Positions 61,805 through 64,000 of a stretch of 64,000 bases of DNA are shown piece after piece. The stretch comes from Trueperaceae bacterium. Its GTDB lineage: Bacteria > Deinococcota > Deinococci > Deinococcales > Trueperaceae. Below the pieces are notes generated by a model. That model was not told the origin of the DNA and made no database searches. It was given only the letters and a program-made list of their open reading frames with translations. Location: the NCBI GenBank assembly GCA_034521815.1, contig JAXHLW010000013.1, forward strand, positions 832,001 through 896,000, read 5' to 3'. A program made the translations under genes and the position numbers. How positions within the stretch are numbered: position 1 is the first letter of the stretch; every line of letters begins with the position of its first letter.

Positions 61805-64000
61805 TCACTCGAGCACCTCGCCGATGTCGCGCGGATCGACGTCGACCCGGAGGCGTACGCCGGAGAACGTCCCGGCCGTGGCCGCGGTCAGCAGCTCGTG
61901 CCTGCGTTCGGCGGTCGCGGTCCGCACCAGCAGGTGCGCCACCGATCGCCCGCGTACCCGCGCGATCGCCGCGGGAGCCGGGCCCAGCAGCTCGTCCTCC
62001 GCCGCGCCCGCGGTACGCGCGCGGTCCGCGACCTCGAGCAGCGCGCGCCACGCCGCATCGGCGCTGCGCGCGCTGGCCTGGACCCGCGCCATCCGTCCGT
62101 ACGGCGGGTAGCCGAATCGCCTGCGCCGCTCGTCCATGTCGGCCAGCGCTCGCTGAACGGCTTCCGGCGTCCCCTCCACGAACGCCCGCAGGGTGGGGTG
62201 CTCGGGCGCGAACGTCTGGATCAGGCCCAGGGGCGCGCGCGCGCCGGCCGACTCCTGCAGCGCCGCCAGCGTTCGCAGCACCCGCTCTTCGGCCCTGAAG
62301 TCGTCGGCGTGCAGCGCGCCGTCCACCTGCGTCGCCGCCAGCAGCGACAGCACCGGAAGGGGCGCCAGCCGGAGGACGGCGCTGGTGCCGACCACCACGC
62401 CGGGTGCGCCCCGATACAGCTCGGACAGGTCGTCGCGGACGTCGCCGTCCCAGCGATAGCGCGGAAGCGTGGGTACGGCGCCGGCAAGCGCGCGGAGCAC
62501 CCACTCGCTGCCCGCAGCGCGCTGCGCCTCGAGCTCCAGACCCCCGCACGCCGGACACGCCTGCGGGGGCGGGACGTCGTGGCCGCACTGGTGGCAGCGC
62601 AGCCGTCCATCGCGGGCGTGCCAGCGCAGGGCCAGATCGCAGTTCGGACACATCACCGCCGCGCCGCAGTCGCGGCAGCCCAGCGCGGCCGAGAACCCGC
62701 GTCGCGGCACCATCACCAGCGCCTGGCGTTCCCGTGACGCGACCTGCCGGAGAACGCGGATCGCCTCGTCGCCCAGGGGCCAGGAGCGGGTCTTGCCGAG
62801 GTCGGAGAGCACCCACCGAACCCGCGGCATGGGCAGGTCCACCCCTCCCCGCCCGGGCCCGCGAGCCGGCGCGGCGGTCGCGGCGGTCGCGGCAGGCACG
62901 GCCGGCGCGGCGGTCGCGGCGGCAGCGGCGGTCGCGACGGTCTCCGGCCCGGCCAGCACGTCGGTGAGCGTCATCGGCACGCCGTGGAGCTCGGCCCAGC
63001 CGCGGGCGGCCTCGGGAATCCACGACCGCGATCCGGACCGAAGCTTGTGGCTCTCGGCCCCCGCCTCCAGCACGATCAAGCGCCCCGGTCGCCGGACCGG
63101 CGCGGCCAGCACCGGCCAGGTGCCGATGATCACGGTCGGCGGCCCCTCGCTCAGCGCCGTCTCCCACGCCCGGCGTCGCCTGGGCGTCTCCTCGGCCCGG
63201 GCCAGGACGACGGGCAGGTCGTTCGCGAGCCAGGCGGCGGCCTCCTCGGCCCAAGCACGCTCCGGGGCGATGATCAGCGGAGATCGTCCCGCCGCCACCT
63301 CTTCGTGCAGCGCCGGGACGAGATGCGCCAAGCGATCGGCTCGGCGGCCACCGGCGATCCAGGTCGGAGCGCAGGAAGACGGCGTGCCCATGTCGCGCTG
63401 CATATCCGCGGGCCACGGGACGGCCTCCGGCGGGGCCGGCGGCTCGGGCGGCGGCGCCGGTCGCTGGGCGTAGCGCAGGTAGCCCTTGCGGACCAGCGTG
63501 CGCACCGTGCTTTCGGGCACGTCCGCGTCCCGGGCCAGCGCCGCGCCGCTCTCCACCTCGCCGTGCTCGGCGAGCCACGCCAGCGCCGAGCGTTGCCTGG
63601 CGCGCTGTGGGCCCTGAAGCGCATCCGCGGGGGGCGTCTCGCCCACGGTCAGGACGCGATGGGTGGGTACGGCGGGTCGGACCCGCTCCTCGAGCAGGCC
63701 TTGGCCCCTGAGCATCTCGGTGCGCTCCGGGTCCAGTCTCTCGCCCGGTCCCCACGGGCCGGCGGGGCCGCCGGCAGCGTCCAGCTCGCGGACCTCGTGC
63801 TCCAGATCGGCCCTGAGCGACGACAGCGCGAGCCCCGCCAGGACGACGCCCGCCGGACAGACGGTCCGCCTCGCTTCGGCCAGGATCCACGCGACGGTGC
63901 GCTCCGGCACGGGAGGACCGTCGTCCAGCCAGGCGATCGCCTCCTTGAGCTCCAGGCCGCGCGAGCCGCCGACCTCGCTCACGCCCGTCACGAGGCCGAC
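61805..64000 (-). CDS. priA: Primosomal protein N' (PriA), degenerate helicase motifs; partial (start beyond window)
   Basis: RRGFS, CRDC/CPNC/CHQC/CPAC Zn motifs, DFRAEE, IQT, YPPY, GPAPA, VDVDP. Confidence 0.9.
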   Translation of the reverse strand, partial: VGLVTGVSEVGGSRGLELKEAIAWLDDGPPVPERTVAWILAEARRTVCPAGVVLAGLALSSLRADLEHEVRELDAAGGPAGPWGPGERLDPERTEMLRGQGLLEERVRPAVPTHRVLTVGETPPADALQGPQRARQRSALAWLAEHGEVESGAALARDADVPESTVRTLVRKGYLRYAQRPAPPPEPPAPPEAVPWPADMQRDMGTPSSCAPTWIAGGRRADRLAHLVPALHEEVAAGRSPLIIAPERAWAEEAAAWLANDLPVVLARAEETPRRRRAWETALSEGPPTVIIGTWPVLAAPVRRPGRLIVLEAGAESHKLRSGSRSWIPEAARGWAELHGVPMTLTDVLAGPETVATAAAAATAAPAVPAATAATAAPARGPGRGGVDLPMPRVRWVLSDLGKTRSWPLGDEAIRVLRQVASRERQALVMVPRRGFSAALGCRDCGAAVMCPNCDLALRWHARDGRLRCHQCGHDVPPPQACPACGGLELEAQRAAGSEWVLRALAGAVPTLPRYRWDGDVRDDLSELYRGAPGVVVGTSAVLRLAPLPVLSLLAATQVDGALHADDFRAEERVLRTLAALQESAGARAPLGLIQTFAPEHPTLRAFVEGTPEAVQRALADMDERRRRFGYPPYGRMARVQASARSADAAWRALLEVADRARTAGAAEDELLGPAPAAIARVRGRSVAHLLVRTATAERRHELLTAATAGTFSGVRLRVDVDPRDIGEVLE

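Overview
High-GC bacterial chromosomal window, mostly housekeeping genes. Gene content and style point to Deinococcota, probably Trueperaceae-like (inference): MglA/MglB, split GcvP, a Deinococcus-type Xer-like recombinase, a helicase-dead PriA, HspR/DnaJ2 and many leaderless TANNNT promoters. The window holds the gcv operon, mglAB, glpKD, a maltose-type ABC system, dprA, five aminoacyl-tRNA synthetases (cysS, thrS, hisS, aspS, asnS), dnaE, smc, pilT, smpB, priA, four tRNAs (Met, Leu, Cys, Val) and several secreted or lipoprotein accessory genes. At least seven genes carry small indels, including dnaE and smc, which suggests an error-prone assembly rather than real decay. The most notable observations: (1) a tyrosine recombinase with an extra N-terminal sigma70-region-4-like HTH, directly next to a nested AT-rich palindromic dif-like site that overlaps its own promoter; (2) an 8-codon AT-rich synonymous patch in dnaE exactly at the YGFNKSH intein-insertion motif; (3) a secreted PPC-PPC-lamininB-LCCL-Ig protein; (4) several apparently catalytically dead enzyme homologues (AdoMetDC, AroE, amidase_3, PriA); (5) short tandem arrays just after stop codons. 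No CRISPR, rRNA or IS element was seen.
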